Of a DNA stretch of 32,000 bases, positions 9,127 through 18,850 are shown piece by piece. The DNA lies in the NCBI GenBank assembly GCA_031256725.1, contig JAIRQE010000003.1, positions 1 to 32,000 on the forward strand, read 5' to 3'. Under the pieces are notes generated by a model. The model ran no database searches. It was not told where the DNA came from and was given only the letters and a program-made list of their open reading frames with translations. A program made the translations under genes and the position numbers. How positions within the stretch are numbered: position 1 is the first letter of the stretch; every line of letters begins with the position of its first letter. This DNA comes from Propionibacteriaceae bacterium. GTDB taxonomy: Bacteria > Actinomycetota > Actinomycetes > Propionibacteriales > Propionibacteriaceae.

Positions 9127-11109
9127 ATGCCTGATCCAGCGACATGGAGACCCAAGACGGGGGAGATCCCCGTCGAGCCTGGGGTGTACCGCTTCATAGA
9201 TGAGAATGATCGAGTCATCTATGTCGGTAAGGCAATCTCACTCAGATCAAGGCTGACCTCGTACTTCCAAGATGCGGGAGCCCTGCATCCACGTACCCGA
9301 ACCATGGTGCATACGGCTGCCCGCGTGGAGTGGACTGTTGTGCGCAATGGGCTCGAAGCCCTTCAACTTGAGTACACCTGGATCAAGGAGTTCGATCCAC
9401 GGTTCAACGTGAAGTACCGTGATGATAAGTCGTACCCGTGGCTGTGTGTCACCTGGAGTGAGGAATACCCCAGAATCTTTGTGGGGCGTGGAACCAAGAA
9501 AAAGGGGTGGCGCTACTTCGGCCCCTATGCTGAGGCGTGGGCGATCCGAGACTCTATTGATGCCCTCCTGGCGGTCTTCCCGATGAGATCCTGTTCCAAT
9601 GGTGTTTTCCGCTCAGCCAAAACCAGTGGGCGCCCCTGTCTCATGGGGTATATCGACAAGTGTTCAGCCCCCTGTGTGGGTCGGGTGAGCGCCGAGGAAC
9701 ACAGGATGATTGCCACCAATTTCTGTTCGGCTATCGCTGGAAAGGCCTCAGGGTTTATTCGCGAACTTGAGTCTGAGATGCAAGCCTGTGCTGCTCAGCT
9801 GGAGTACGAAAAAGCCGGAATTCTTCGAGATAAAGCTGATGCTTTGCGTAGGGTGATGGAAAAGAATGCCATTGTCTTGGAGGATTCTGCAGATCTTGAT
9901 CTCGTGGCCGTGGCCATGGATCCCTTGGAGGTCGCAGTCCAACTCTTCCATGTACGTGGAGGTCGAATCCTGGCTGAACGAGGATGGGTTGCTGATCGTG
10001 GAGCTGGTTGGGATGATACTGAAGCCGCTGTTGTGGCTGAGGATCTTCCGCAATTGGTGGAGGCATTCCTTTTGCAGATTTACGGAGATGTTGAGGGTGA
10101 CGCTGAGGAACGTAAGAGGGTGATCCCACCCGAGGTTCTTGTTCCATACTTGCCTGAGTCGGTGGATACCTTGGCTGAGCTTCTAGGTCAGGAGCGGGGT
10201 ACGAAGGTGACTATTCGTGTACCCCAACGTGGCGATAAGAAGACCCTTATGTCTACTGCTGAAAAGAATGCCGCCCAAACCCTGGCACTCCACAAGACCC
10301 GCAGGGCCTCGGATCTCATCACTCGCAACCAGGCTCTCGACGAGATCGCACAGGTCCTTGAGATGGATGAGGTACCACTGAGGATCGAAGGCTACGACAT
10401 CTCCCACATTCAGGGTACGAACACTGTGGCCTCAATGGTCGTCTTCGAGGATGGTCTTGCCCGCAAATCGGAGTACAGACACTTCTCAATTACCACAGTG
10501 GAATCCAATGACGTGGGTGCGATGAAAGAGGTACTCACACGAAGGTTCTCCAGGCTGATTGATGATCGTGAGGCCATGGAGGAGGGACACTCTGGCGTTG
10601 TTGATGCTACTACTCGTACCGCGAAAAGGTTCTCCTATGCGCCTTCACTGATCGTGGTAGACGGTGCTGGGCCTCAAGCCAATATCGCACGCCAAGTCCT
10701 TGACAACCTGGGATTCGACTCCGTTATGGTCTGTGGTTTGGCGAAAAGATTAGAGGAGGTCTGGGTTCCGGGCCAGAAGTACCCCATCATCCTGCGCAGG
10801 AACTCCCAAGCCCTCTACCTCCTCCAAAGGATACGCGACGAATCCCACCGATTCGCCATCACCTTTCACCGCAAGAAGCGTTCCCGCTCCATGATTGAGT
10901 CCCTCCTTGATTCGGTCCCCGGGTTGGGAGAGGTACGCCGTAAAGCCCTTCTGAAAGCCTTCACATCCCTCAAAAAGCTCAGATCTGCCACGGTTGATGA
11001 CATAGCCCAAGTCCCCGGCTTCGGTCCCTCCCTGGCCGCTTCAGTGGCTGCAGCTGTACACGAAACCCCTGAAGCCATCAACATGACTACTGGCGAGGTA
11101 CTGGATTAA
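9127..11109 (+). CDS. uvrC: Excinuclease ABC subunit C
   Basis: 660 aa with an N-terminal GIY-YIG domain (PGVYRF...VIYVGKA), a UVR domain ([16 protein letters not shown]), an endonuclease V-like domain and a C-terminal (HhH)2 region. Confidence 0.97.
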   Translation: MPDPATWRPKTGEIPVEPGVYRFIDENDRVIYVGKAISLRSRLTSYFQDAGALHPRTRTMVHTAARVEWTVVRNGLEALQLEYTWIKEFDPRFNVKYRDDKSYPWLCVTWSEEYPRIFVGRGTKKKGWRYFGPYAEAWAIRDSIDALLAVFPMRSCSNGVFRSAKTSGRPCLMGYIDKCSAPCVGRVSAEEHRMIATNFCSAIAGKASGFIRELESEMQACAAQLEYEKAGILRDKADALRRVMEKNAIVLEDSADLDLVAVAMDPLEVAVQLFHVRGGRILAERGWVADRGAGWDDTEAAVVAEDLPQLVEAFLLQIYGDVEGDAEERKRVIPPEVLVPYLPESVDTLAELLGQERGTKVTIRVPQRGDKKTLMSTAEKNAAQTLALHKTRRASDLITRNQALDEIAQVLEMDEVPLRIEGYDISHIQGTNTVASMVVFEDGLARKSEYRHFSITTVESNDVGAMKEVLTRRFSRLIDDREAMEEGHSGVVDATTRTAKRFSYAPSLIVVDGAGPQANIARQVLDNLGFDSVMVCGLAKRLEEVWVPGQKYPIILRRNSQALYLLQRIRDESHRFAITFHRKKRSRSMIESLLDSVPGLGEVRRKALLKAFTSLKKLRSATVDDIAQVPGFGPSLAASVAAAVHETPEAINMTTGEVLD

Positions 11110-11129
11110 ATTCGCTTCCTGTGAGGCGC

Positions 11130-11135
11130 TAGAAT
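11130..11135 (+). promoter_or_regulatory. Candidate internal -10 hexamer TAGAAT upstream of rapZ
   Basis: gcTAGAATagggg lies in the 51-nt uvrC-rapZ spacer and is followed by GGAGG (11149-11153) and ATG 11161. Confidence 0.35.
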
Positions 11136-11160
11136 AGGGGTCTTGGCAGGAGGTGAGTCG

Positions 11161-12006
11161 ATGGATCTAGTGATTATCACAGGGATGTCTGGTGCCGGAC
11201 GGCATTCGGCGGCTAAGGCCATGGAGGATCTTGGGTGGTATGTCGTCGACAACTTGCCCCCAGGGATGCTACCTGCACTGGTGAACTTCTTGAACGATGA
11301 GCGAGTCAAACAGATGGCAGTGGTCCTGGATGTTCGCTCCCGTGGTGATCTTGAACAGATCCCAACATTGTTCGAGGAACTGGAACCCCTGGCGGGAGAA
11401 CCGCAGATCGTCTTCCTTGAAGCCGATGATAATGAGATCGTGAAGAGGCAGGAGTCCTCGCGCCGCCCCGTACCTCTTCAAGGATCAGGGTCGCTGCTTG
11501 AAGGGATCCAAGCCGAGCGGCGAATGATGTCATCCCTGAGAGCCACCGCCGACATGGTCATCGACACAACCACACTCACTCCCCATCAACTGACCTCCAG
11601 AATTGCAGCAGCCTACGGAGAGGGACATACCGATCTTCGGATCACTGTGATGTCTTTCGGATTCAAAAACGGGGTTCCTGTCGATGCAGACATGGTTGTG
11701 GACGTACGTTTCCTTCCGAATCCACATTGGGTACCAGACCTCCGCCCGCAAACTGGACTCAGTGTGGCAGTTTCGCGGTATGTTTTTAGCAGTGACATGG
11801 CTGGCGAGTTCCTCACACGGCTTGAATCCCTTTTCGATGTCATCTCTGACGGGTACAAAACCGAGGGAAAGAGGCTGGTCACCCTCGCAATTGGATGTAC
11901 CGGAGGTAAGCATCGTTCCGTAGCCATCACAGAGGAGTTCGCGCAGCGTTTGACCGCCAGCGGTCATAAAGTCACCGTCATGCATCGTGATCTTGGGAGA
12001 GAATGA
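11161..12006 (+). CDS. rapZ: RapZ/YvcJ-family P-loop nucleotide-binding protein (RNase adapter RapZ homologue)
   Basis: MDLVIITGMSGAGRHSAAKAMEDLGWYVVDNLPP, and near the C-terminus IGCTGGKHRSV. GGAGG lies 7 nt upstream of ATG 11161. The ORF-track TTG 11143 is less likely but cannot be excluded. Confidence 0.92.
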   Translation: MDLVIITGMSGAGRHSAAKAMEDLGWYVVDNLPPGMLPALVNFLNDERVKQMAVVLDVRSRGDLEQIPTLFEELEPLAGEPQIVFLEADDNEIVKRQESSRRPVPLQGSGSLLEGIQAERRMMSSLRATADMVIDTTTLTPHQLTSRIAAAYGEGHTDLRITVMSFGFKNGVPVDADMVVDVRFLPNPHWVPDLRPQTGLSVAVSRYVFSSDMAGEFLTRLESLFDVISDGYKTEGKRLVTLAIGCTGGKHRSVAITEEFAQRLTASGHKVTVMHRDLGRE

Positions 12007-12944
12007 TGGCATTGCCCAAGGTTGTGGCCTTTGGGGGTGGCCACGGGTTGGCGGCAACCCTGATGGCACTCAAAAGGCTCACCGATCAGCTCACAGCAGT
12101 GGTCACTGTAGCCGATGATGGTGGCTCCTCAGGTCGACTTCGCGAAGAGTTTGGGTGTCTCCCGCCTGGTGACCTGCGTATGGCTCTTGCCGCACTCACG
12201 GGCGACAATACCGAGGGGAGACTTTGGGCTGATGTTCTTCAATCCCGCTTTGAGGGTACAGGCCCCCTAGCCGGACATGCCGTTGGTAATCTCCTGATTG
12301 CCGCACTCTGGCAACAGGATACCGATCCGGTGAAGGGGCTCGATAGGGTTGGCCGTCTCCTGAAAGCTCAGGGGCGTGTACTTCCCATGGCGGCTCTACC
12401 TCTGGTGATTGCCGCCGATGTGGTAGGTATCGATCCCAAGAATCCTGATGATGTCAGCATTCTGCGGGGTCAAGCCCGAATTGCGGCCACCGAAGGCGAT
12501 GTTTTGAATGTACGCTTGGAGCCCGAGAATCCACCTGCCTGTCCTGAAGCCATTACCTCAATCATGGAGGCCGACTATCTCATCTTTGGCCCCGGATCAT
12601 GGTTCACCTCAGTGGTACCTCACCTTCTTGTACCCGAACTGGTGTCTGCAATCTTGGAGACGAAAGCAAAAAGAATCTGCCTGCTCAACCTTCGTACCTA
12701 TGGGGAAACCTCAGGATTCACTCCGACACGACATATTGAGGTTCTAGCTGACCACTGTCCGCAACTCACCTTGTCGACTGTCATCGCTGATCCAAGATTC
12801 GCAGAAGGTGACCCCCATTTACGCCGTATGGTGGAATCGATGAGAGGCGAATTAATGATCGCGGAAGTTGGGATGCGTGATGGAAGTCCGCGTCATGATC
12901 CCTTCCTGCTTGCCGCAACACTAGCTGTTGTGATGGAATTGTGA
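12003..12944 (+). CDS. yvcK: YvcK/GlmR/CuvA-family (CofD-like, UPF0052) protein
   Basis: N-terminal [10 protein letters not shown] glycine-rich motif and [14 protein letters not shown] overlap with the rapZ stop. The rapZ-yvcK-whiA operon is conserved. Confidence 0.92.
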   Translation: MMALPKVVAFGGGHGLAATLMALKRLTDQLTAVVTVADDGGSSGRLREEFGCLPPGDLRMALAALTGDNTEGRLWADVLQSRFEGTGPLAGHAVGNLLIAALWQQDTDPVKGLDRVGRLLKAQGRVLPMAALPLVIAADVVGIDPKNPDDVSILRGQARIAATEGDVLNVRLEPENPPACPEAITSIMEADYLIFGPGSWFTSVVPHLLVPELVSAILETKAKRICLLNLRTYGETSGFTPTRHIEVLADHCPQLTLSTVIADPRFAEGDPHLRRMVESMRGELMIAEVGMRDGSPRHDPFLLAATLAVVMEL

Positions 12945-12975
12945 AGCGGAAAAAGAGGCAGAGGTGAATGGTTTT

Positions 12976-13953
12976 ATGGCTTTGACGCAAGAAGTGAAGG
13001 CGGAACTGGCAGTGATGCCAGTTGCGAAACACTGTTGTCGCCGAGCGGAATCAGCTACCATGCTCCGCTATGCTGGGGGATTGCATATCACAGGCTCTGG
13101 CAACATCATGGTTGAAGCAGAGTTTGATACTGGGGCCGCTGCTCGTCGCCTCCGAATGGCGATTACTGAGGTCTTTGGCCTCACATCAGAACTCATTACC
13201 GTCAGGGGATCTGGGTTGAGACGTGGTACACGCTACCTTGTCAGGCTCGTCAAGGATGGCCCCGCTATCGCACGCCTGACAGGGCTCATTGATGGTCAAG
13301 GAAGACCCGTCAGGGGTCTGCCAGCCGGAATCGTGGGTGGCGGTATGTGCGACTGTGTCTCAGCATGGCGTGGAGCCTTCCTGGCTCATGGATGTCTCAC
13401 GGAACCAGGTCGATCCATGGCGATGGAGATTACAGCACCAGGACAGGAAGCAGCAATGGCCCTCGTTGGTGCCGCTCGTCGTCTCGGTGTTATGGCCAAG
13501 GTCAGAGAGGTACGTGGCATAGAGCGAGTCGTGATTCGTGACGGTGAATCCATTGCAATCATGCTCACCAAGATGGGTGCCCATGACACCCGCCTCAAAT
13601 GGGAGGAGCGTCGCCTACGCAGGGAGGTACGGGCCTCTGCTAATCGCTTGGCCAACTTCGATGATGCGAATCTTCGCCGTTCTGCTCGTGCCGCTGTGAC
13701 AGCATCCGCCAGGGTAAATAGGGCATTTGAAATCCTGGGTGACGACGTACCTGAACATCTGAAAGCTGCTGGACGTTTGCGTGTCGAGCACCAACAGGCC
13801 AGTCTGGAGGAGCTTGGTGGGCTCCATGAGCCTCCGCTAACCAAGGACGCCATAGCGGGCCGAATTCGTCGTCTTCTTGCTCTTGCAGACAAGAAGGCCC
13901 AAGAGCTTGGAATCGAGTCCACTGAGGTTGGTCTTGGATTCGATGAAGACTAA
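12976..13953 (+). CDS. whiA: Sporulation/cell-division transcription regulator WhiA
   Basis: [13 protein letters not shown] matches the usual WhiA N-terminus (MA.T..VK.EL). A C-terminal HTH region is present. ATG 12976 is preferred over the ORF-track GTG 12964. Confidence 0.93.
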   Translation: MALTQEVKAELAVMPVAKHCCRRAESATMLRYAGGLHITGSGNIMVEAEFDTGAAARRLRMAITEVFGLTSELITVRGSGLRRGTRYLVRLVKDGPAIARLTGLIDGQGRPVRGLPAGIVGGGMCDCVSAWRGAFLAHGCLTEPGRSMAMEITAPGQEAAMALVGAARRLGVMAKVREVRGIERVVIRDGESIAIMLTKMGAHDTRLKWEERRLRREVRASANRLANFDDANLRRSARAAVTASARVNRAFEILGDDVPEHLKAAGRLRVEHQQASLEELGGLHEPPLTKDAIAGRIRRLLALADKKAQELGIESTEVGLGFDED

Positions 13954-14002
13954 TTCTGACTCATGGGGAACAACACTGCACACGCACGCGATTTCTGAGT
14001 AG

Positions 14003-15112
<1,110 letters not shown>

Positions 15113-15129
15113 AGAAGGTTTACATGGGC

Positions 15130-15158
15130 GCGGGGTGAGTCCTTTTGGCTCACCCCGC
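15130..15158 (+). other. Strong intercistronic stem-loop between gap and pgk (partial terminator, RNA stabiliser or processing site)
   Basis: GCGGGGTGAG-tccttttgg-CTCACCCCGC is a perfect 10-bp GC-rich stem, 18 nt after the gap stop and 29 nt before the pgk ATG. Confidence 0.6.
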
Positions 15159-15186
15159 ATGCCTATGGTCACAGAAAGGCTAGTTG

Positions 15187-16401
15187 ATGAAGTCAATCGA
15201 TGATCTTAAAGACTTTACAGGGAAGAGGGTACTCATCCGCTGCGATTTCAACGTACCCCTCCAAGGTGATCAGATCACTGACGATGGGCGTATCCGTGCT
15301 GCACTGCCCACACTGACCGCTTTGCGCAAGGGGGGAGCAAGGATCGTCATCATGGCGCACATGGGTCGCCCTGATGGTGAGGTCAACATGAAGTACTCCC
15401 TAGCTCCAGTTGCAAAGCGTCTAGGTGAGCTCATGGGTGTTGAGGTTGCTCTGGCTGGCGATGTCGTTGGTGACTCTGCCACAGCAACAGTCGCTGCCCT
15501 AGGTGATGGGGATATTGCTCTTCTTGAGAACGTACGTTTCGAGCCTGGTGAAGCCTCTAAGGATGACGCTGAACGCTACAAGTTGGCTCAGAAGTATGCT
15601 CAGCTCGGCGACATCTTCGTCTCCGATGGTTTCGGGGTAGTACACCGCAAGCAAGCTTCGGTCTACGACGTAGCGAAGCTGCTTCCCGCGTACTCTGGTT
15701 ATCTTGTTCAAGCTGAGGTGGATGTACTTCGCAAACTTACGGTCGAGCCAGAACGCCCCTATGTCGTGATCCTTGGAGGTGCCAAGGTTGCCGACAAGTT
15801 GGCTGTTATCGACAACCTTCTCAAGGTTGCTGACACCCTCATCATTGGTGGTGGGATGTCGTACACCTTTATGAAGGCACAAGGCTATGAGATCGGGAAG
15901 TCTCTTCTTGATGAGACCAAACTTGACGACTGCTCAGGCTATATCAAGCAGGCTGAGGCCACAGGGAAGAAGCTCCTTCTTCCTGTGGATGCTCTCACCG
16001 TTGGTGAGAATGCTGTGGACTTCTCCACCTTCACTCTGGGCGGTGACATCGTCGAGACTGATATGACTGCACTTCCTTCCGATCGTGTGGGATGCGACAT
16101 CGGTGAGAAGTCAGCTGAGTTGTTCGCATCCGAGATTGCTGGAGCCAAGACTGTGTTCTGGAATGGTCCTATGGGGATCTTTGAGATTGATTCTCTGGCT
16201 CAGGGTACGAAAGCCATCGCTAAAGCTCTCGTTGATTCTGATGCTTTCAGTGTTGTGGGTGGTGGGGATTCCGCTGCCGCAGTACGTGTCTTCGGATATG
16301 AGGATTCCCAGTTCGGACACATCTCCACTGGTGGTGGCGCCTCGCTGGAGTACCTTGAAGGCAAGGAACTCCCTGGACTCGCAGTACTTGAGGAGGCATG
16401 A
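15187..16401 (+). CDS. pgk: Phosphoglycerate kinase
   Basis: About 404 aa. The family N-terminus [14 protein letters not shown] and the C-terminal [14 protein letters not shown] are both present. Confidence 0.97.
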   Translation: MKSIDDLKDFTGKRVLIRCDFNVPLQGDQITDDGRIRAALPTLTALRKGGARIVIMAHMGRPDGEVNMKYSLAPVAKRLGELMGVEVALAGDVVGDSATATVAALGDGDIALLENVRFEPGEASKDDAERYKLAQKYAQLGDIFVSDGFGVVHRKQASVYDVAKLLPAYSGYLVQAEVDVLRKLTVEPERPYVVILGGAKVADKLAVIDNLLKVADTLIIGGGMSYTFMKAQGYEIGKSLLDETKLDDCSGYIKQAEATGKKLLLPVDALTVGENAVDFSTFTLGGDIVETDMTALPSDRVGCDIGEKSAELFASEIAGAKTVFWNGPMGIFEIDSLAQGTKAIAKALVDSDAFSVVGGGDSAAAVRVFGYEDSQFGHISTGGGASLEYLEGKELPGLAVLEEA

Positions 16402-17180
16402 TGACACGCACACCATTGATGGCTGGCAACTGGAAGATGAACCTCAACCATGTTGAGGCGACCGGCGTTGTCCAGAAACTGGCATGGACCCTGAATGATT
16501 ACCGTTATGACAAGGAGAAGTCCGAGGCTGCGGTGATCGTACCTTTCACTGATATTCGTACTGTACAAAACCTGATCCAGGGTGATCGTTTCCCACTGAC
16601 CTTTGGGGCACAGGATGTTTCACTCTATGATTCTGGTGCCTACACTGGTGAGGTTTCGGCAGCAATGCTGGCCAAGCTGGATTGTACCTATGTGGTCGTT
16701 GGACACTCCGAGCGTCGCGAATATCACGGCGAGACTGATGCCATCATCAACGCCAAAGCCAAGAAGGTCATTGCAGCAGGTATGACCCCCATCATCTGCG
16801 TGGGGGAGAAGCTTGAGATCCGCAAGGAGGGGACCCACGTACCCTTTGTGCTTGCCCAGATTGATGGGGTCCTCGCAGACCTTACCGCTGAGCAAGTAGG
16901 CGCCGCAGTGATCGCGTACGAGCCTGTATGGGCCATTGGTACTGGTGAGGTTGCGACCCCAGATGATGCTCAAGAGGTCTGCAAGGCTATTCGCGTGCGT
17001 GTAGCTGAATTGTTGGGCCAGGATGCTGCCGATAAGGTACGCATCCAATATGGTGGTTCGGTGAAGTCCTCAAACGTTGTTGACATTATGGGACAAGTAG
17101 ATGTTGACGGTGCTTTGGTGGGTGGTGCCTCCCTTGATCCAGAGGAGTTTGCCCGCATCGTTACCTTCTATGCTCGCTAA
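16398..17180 (+). CDS. tpiA: Triose-phosphate isomerase
   Basis: Motifs [14 protein letters not shown] and [15 protein letters not shown] overlap with the pgk stop. Confidence 0.97.
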   Translation: MMTRTPLMAGNWKMNLNHVEATGVVQKLAWTLNDYRYDKEKSEAAVIVPFTDIRTVQNLIQGDRFPLTFGAQDVSLYDSGAYTGEVSAAMLAKLDCTYVVVGHSERREYHGETDAIINAKAKKVIAAGMTPIICVGEKLEIRKEGTHVPFVLAQIDGVLADLTAEQVGAAVIAYEPVWAIGTGEVATPDDAQEVCKAIRVRVAELLGQDAADKVRIQYGGSVKSSNVVDIMGQVDVDGALVGGASLDPEEFARIVTFYAR

Positions 17181-17190
17181 TCAACCCGAT

Positions 17191-17223
17191 TCGCGCCACC
17201 CCTGATTGGAGGCGGTGGCGCGA
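17191..17223 (+). terminator. Stem-loop terminator after tpiA
   Basis: TCGCGCCACC-(13-nt loop)-GGTGGCGCGA is a perfect 10-bp stem followed by TTTCG. It starts 11 nt after the tpiA stop. Confidence 0.6.
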
Positions 17224-17297
17224 TTTCGTGGTGGCGCTTTCGTCTTTTAGGTGCCATGAGTTACTATGTACAGGTGACTTTTCTGACGCCTCTTGAG

Positions 17298-17546
17298 ATG
17301 ACTACGCCCATTTTGGTGTTGTCATGCATTCTCATCCTCACCTCCCTCCTTCTAACCTTGGCCATTTTGGTTCACAAGAGCCGTGGTGGCGGGATGTCGG
17401 ACCTCTTCGGTGGCGGCATGTCTACAGCCTTCGGTGGTTCTTCAATTGCCGAGCGAAACCTTGATCGAATCACAGTCGTAGTTTCCCTGGTGTGGCTGGC
17501 GTGTATTATTGCTCTACTTCTACTGTGGCGTATAACCCCTCAGTAG
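17298..17546 (+). CDS. secG: Preprotein translocase subunit SecG
   Basis: Two TM helices flank the conserved HKSRGGGMSDLFGGG motif. Starting at ATG 17298 gives 82 aa, a typical SecG length. The ORF-track ATG 17256 (96 aa) is the alternative. Confidence 0.85.
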   Translation: MTTPILVLSCILILTSLLLTLAILVHKSRGGGMSDLFGGGMSTAFGGSSIAERNLDRITVVVSLVWLACIIALLLLWRITPQ

Positions 17547-17586
17547 ACATTGTACTCATCTTTAGTGGGGAGAAAGCAGGATTTCT

Positions 17587-17943
17587 GTGGCAGTAGGTAG
17601 TGCCATCAGGGGTAGCCGCGTTGGTGCGGGACCCATGGGTGAAGCTGAGAGGGGAGACTCGGCTCCTAGAGTGTATGTCTCTTATTTCTGTGCGAATGGC
17701 CATGAAACCAGGCAGGCTTTTGCCGTAGGTGCGGACTATCCGCAGGATTGGGATTGTCCACGATGCGGTTTGCCAGCGAATACTGATGCTGAGAATCCGC
17801 CCCCACCCCCGCATATTCTTCCCTATAAGACCCATTTGGCTTATGTGAAGGAGCGTCGTACCTCTTCTGAGGCCACGGAGATCTTGGCTGAAGCCCTTGA
17901 GGATCTTCGCGCGCGTCGAGCAGCTGGGGAACCCATTTACTGA
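17587..17943 (+). CDS. rbpA: RNA polymerase-binding protein RbpA
   Basis: The N-terminal IRGSRVG, a Cys3-His zinc-ribbon pattern (FCANGH ... CPRCG) and the C-terminal sigma-interaction helix (THLAYVKERRT..EA.E.L.EAL..LR.RR) all resemble Streptomyces/Mycobacterium RbpA. GTG start. Confidence 0.88.
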   Translation: MAVGSAIRGSRVGAGPMGEAERGDSAPRVYVSYFCANGHETRQAFAVGADYPQDWDCPRCGLPANTDAENPPPPPHILPYKTHLAYVKERRTSSEATEILAEALEDLRARRAAGEPIY

Positions 17944-17951
17944 GGTTCAGT

Positions 17952-18683
17952 TCACAGGCTGCAATGATGGAATGGCAGCCGAGATGCTGCTGCTGTATCC
18001 GTGAGACATAGGAGTGTCTCAGAACCCTTGATATAACTCGCTGGTATGTGTGGATCATGGTTCGCCGTACGTTCGATGATGGGGGCAACCTGTTCGCCTT
18101 GGGCGAGAAGCCATACTTCTCGACAGGTGTTTAACCCTGCACGGGTCATGGTTACAACCTCACTATGAACGAGAGGGGCATCTGTGATCCCTGCTACAAG
18201 AGAGGAAACAGGGGATATGAGATGTTGGGGGAAGATTCCCGCAATCTGTCCATTCGCAGTCAACTCAGCCAAGCAGATGTCGATACGAGGTGATTCAATG
18301 AGTTCCTGTGCGTACTGCTCAGCGCCAGCCTCAGGGTCAGAGGTGACTGTCGATGAGGGGATGGGGTGGATCTTTGCTGGGTCGAATGAAAAGGCTCCAC
18401 CCAATCGTGACAGGGCCGCCAAAGAGTTGCGTACAGGATTGTCAAGGGGTACGAAATAATCCCAATTCCACCACAGGTGAACCTTATTGGCCTTGAGTGG
18501 GTACTCTGAACCGATCACAGCCATATGGTCATAGATCTCATTGGCGAGGGTACCTCCAGTCAGACATAGGCTGACTTTGCCTGTTTCTTTTTGGCGAGCA
18601 CACATGGCTTGGATCAAGAGTGAGGCGACTCCAGAAGTGAGGGAGTCCCGGTTTTCGAAACGCAGAAAGCGATGCAAAGCCAT
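17952..18683 (-). CDS. pgl: 6-phosphogluconolactonase (Pgl/DevB) family homologue with substituted active-site motifs
   Basis: 243 aa. The fold-level motifs LCLTGG, HLWW..D.FVP, IFP and REVWLL.G align with Pgl/DevB. A strong SD AAAGGAGGGAG precedes the ATG. The catalytic residues are replaced (see findings). Confidence 0.8.
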   Translation of the reverse strand: MALHRFLRFENRDSLTSGVASLLIQAMCARQKETGKVSLCLTGGTLANEIYDHMAVIGSEYPLKANKVHLWWNWDYFVPLDNPVRNSLAALSRLGGAFSFDPAKIHPIPSSTVTSDPEAGAEQYAQELIESPRIDICLAELTANGQIAGIFPQHLISPVSSLVAGITDAPLVHSEVVTMTRAGLNTCREVWLLAQGEQVAPIIERTANHDPHIPASYIKGSETLLCLTDTAAASRLPFHHCSL

Positions 18684-18807
18684 AACTCCCTCCTTTCAAC
18701 CACCTGTACTAATCCTCAGGCATTTAAAGTTGACCCTTTTCCATACCCTGACTTCGGAGTATACGCTGTCCACCTGAGAAAACTAGCCATTCACCTAAGA
18801 ATGCGGT

Positions 18808-18835
18808 GAGGACCGTGACTCTTCTCACGGTCCTC
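18808..18835 (-). terminator. Stem-loop terminator after hppA
   Basis: GAGGACCGTGA-ctcttc-TCACGGTCCTC is a perfect 11-bp stem located 16 nt beyond the hppA stop on the minus strand. It separates hppA from pgl. Confidence 0.65.
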
Positions 18836-18850
18836 AATACCTGTGAATAT

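Noticed and set aside
11182-11208. The RapZ Walker A reads GMSGAGRHS, with Arg where the canonical P-loop Lys is expected
   Set aside because: From memory, actinobacterial RapZ/YvcJ orthologues such as the mycobacterial one carry GAGR in this position. It is therefore probably a clade feature rather than a local anomaly. I did not verify this.
12964-12975. Longer ORF-track starts: GTG 12964 (whiA), TTG 14060 (gap), TTG 15184 (pgk), ATG 1521 (coaE), TTG 11143 (rapZ), ATG 22310 (sufB), GTG 25660 (sufS)
   Set aside because: The downstream starts align with the conserved family N-termini and have properly spaced SD sequences or stop/start coupling. The longer forms add non-homologous residues or overlap the upstream gene.
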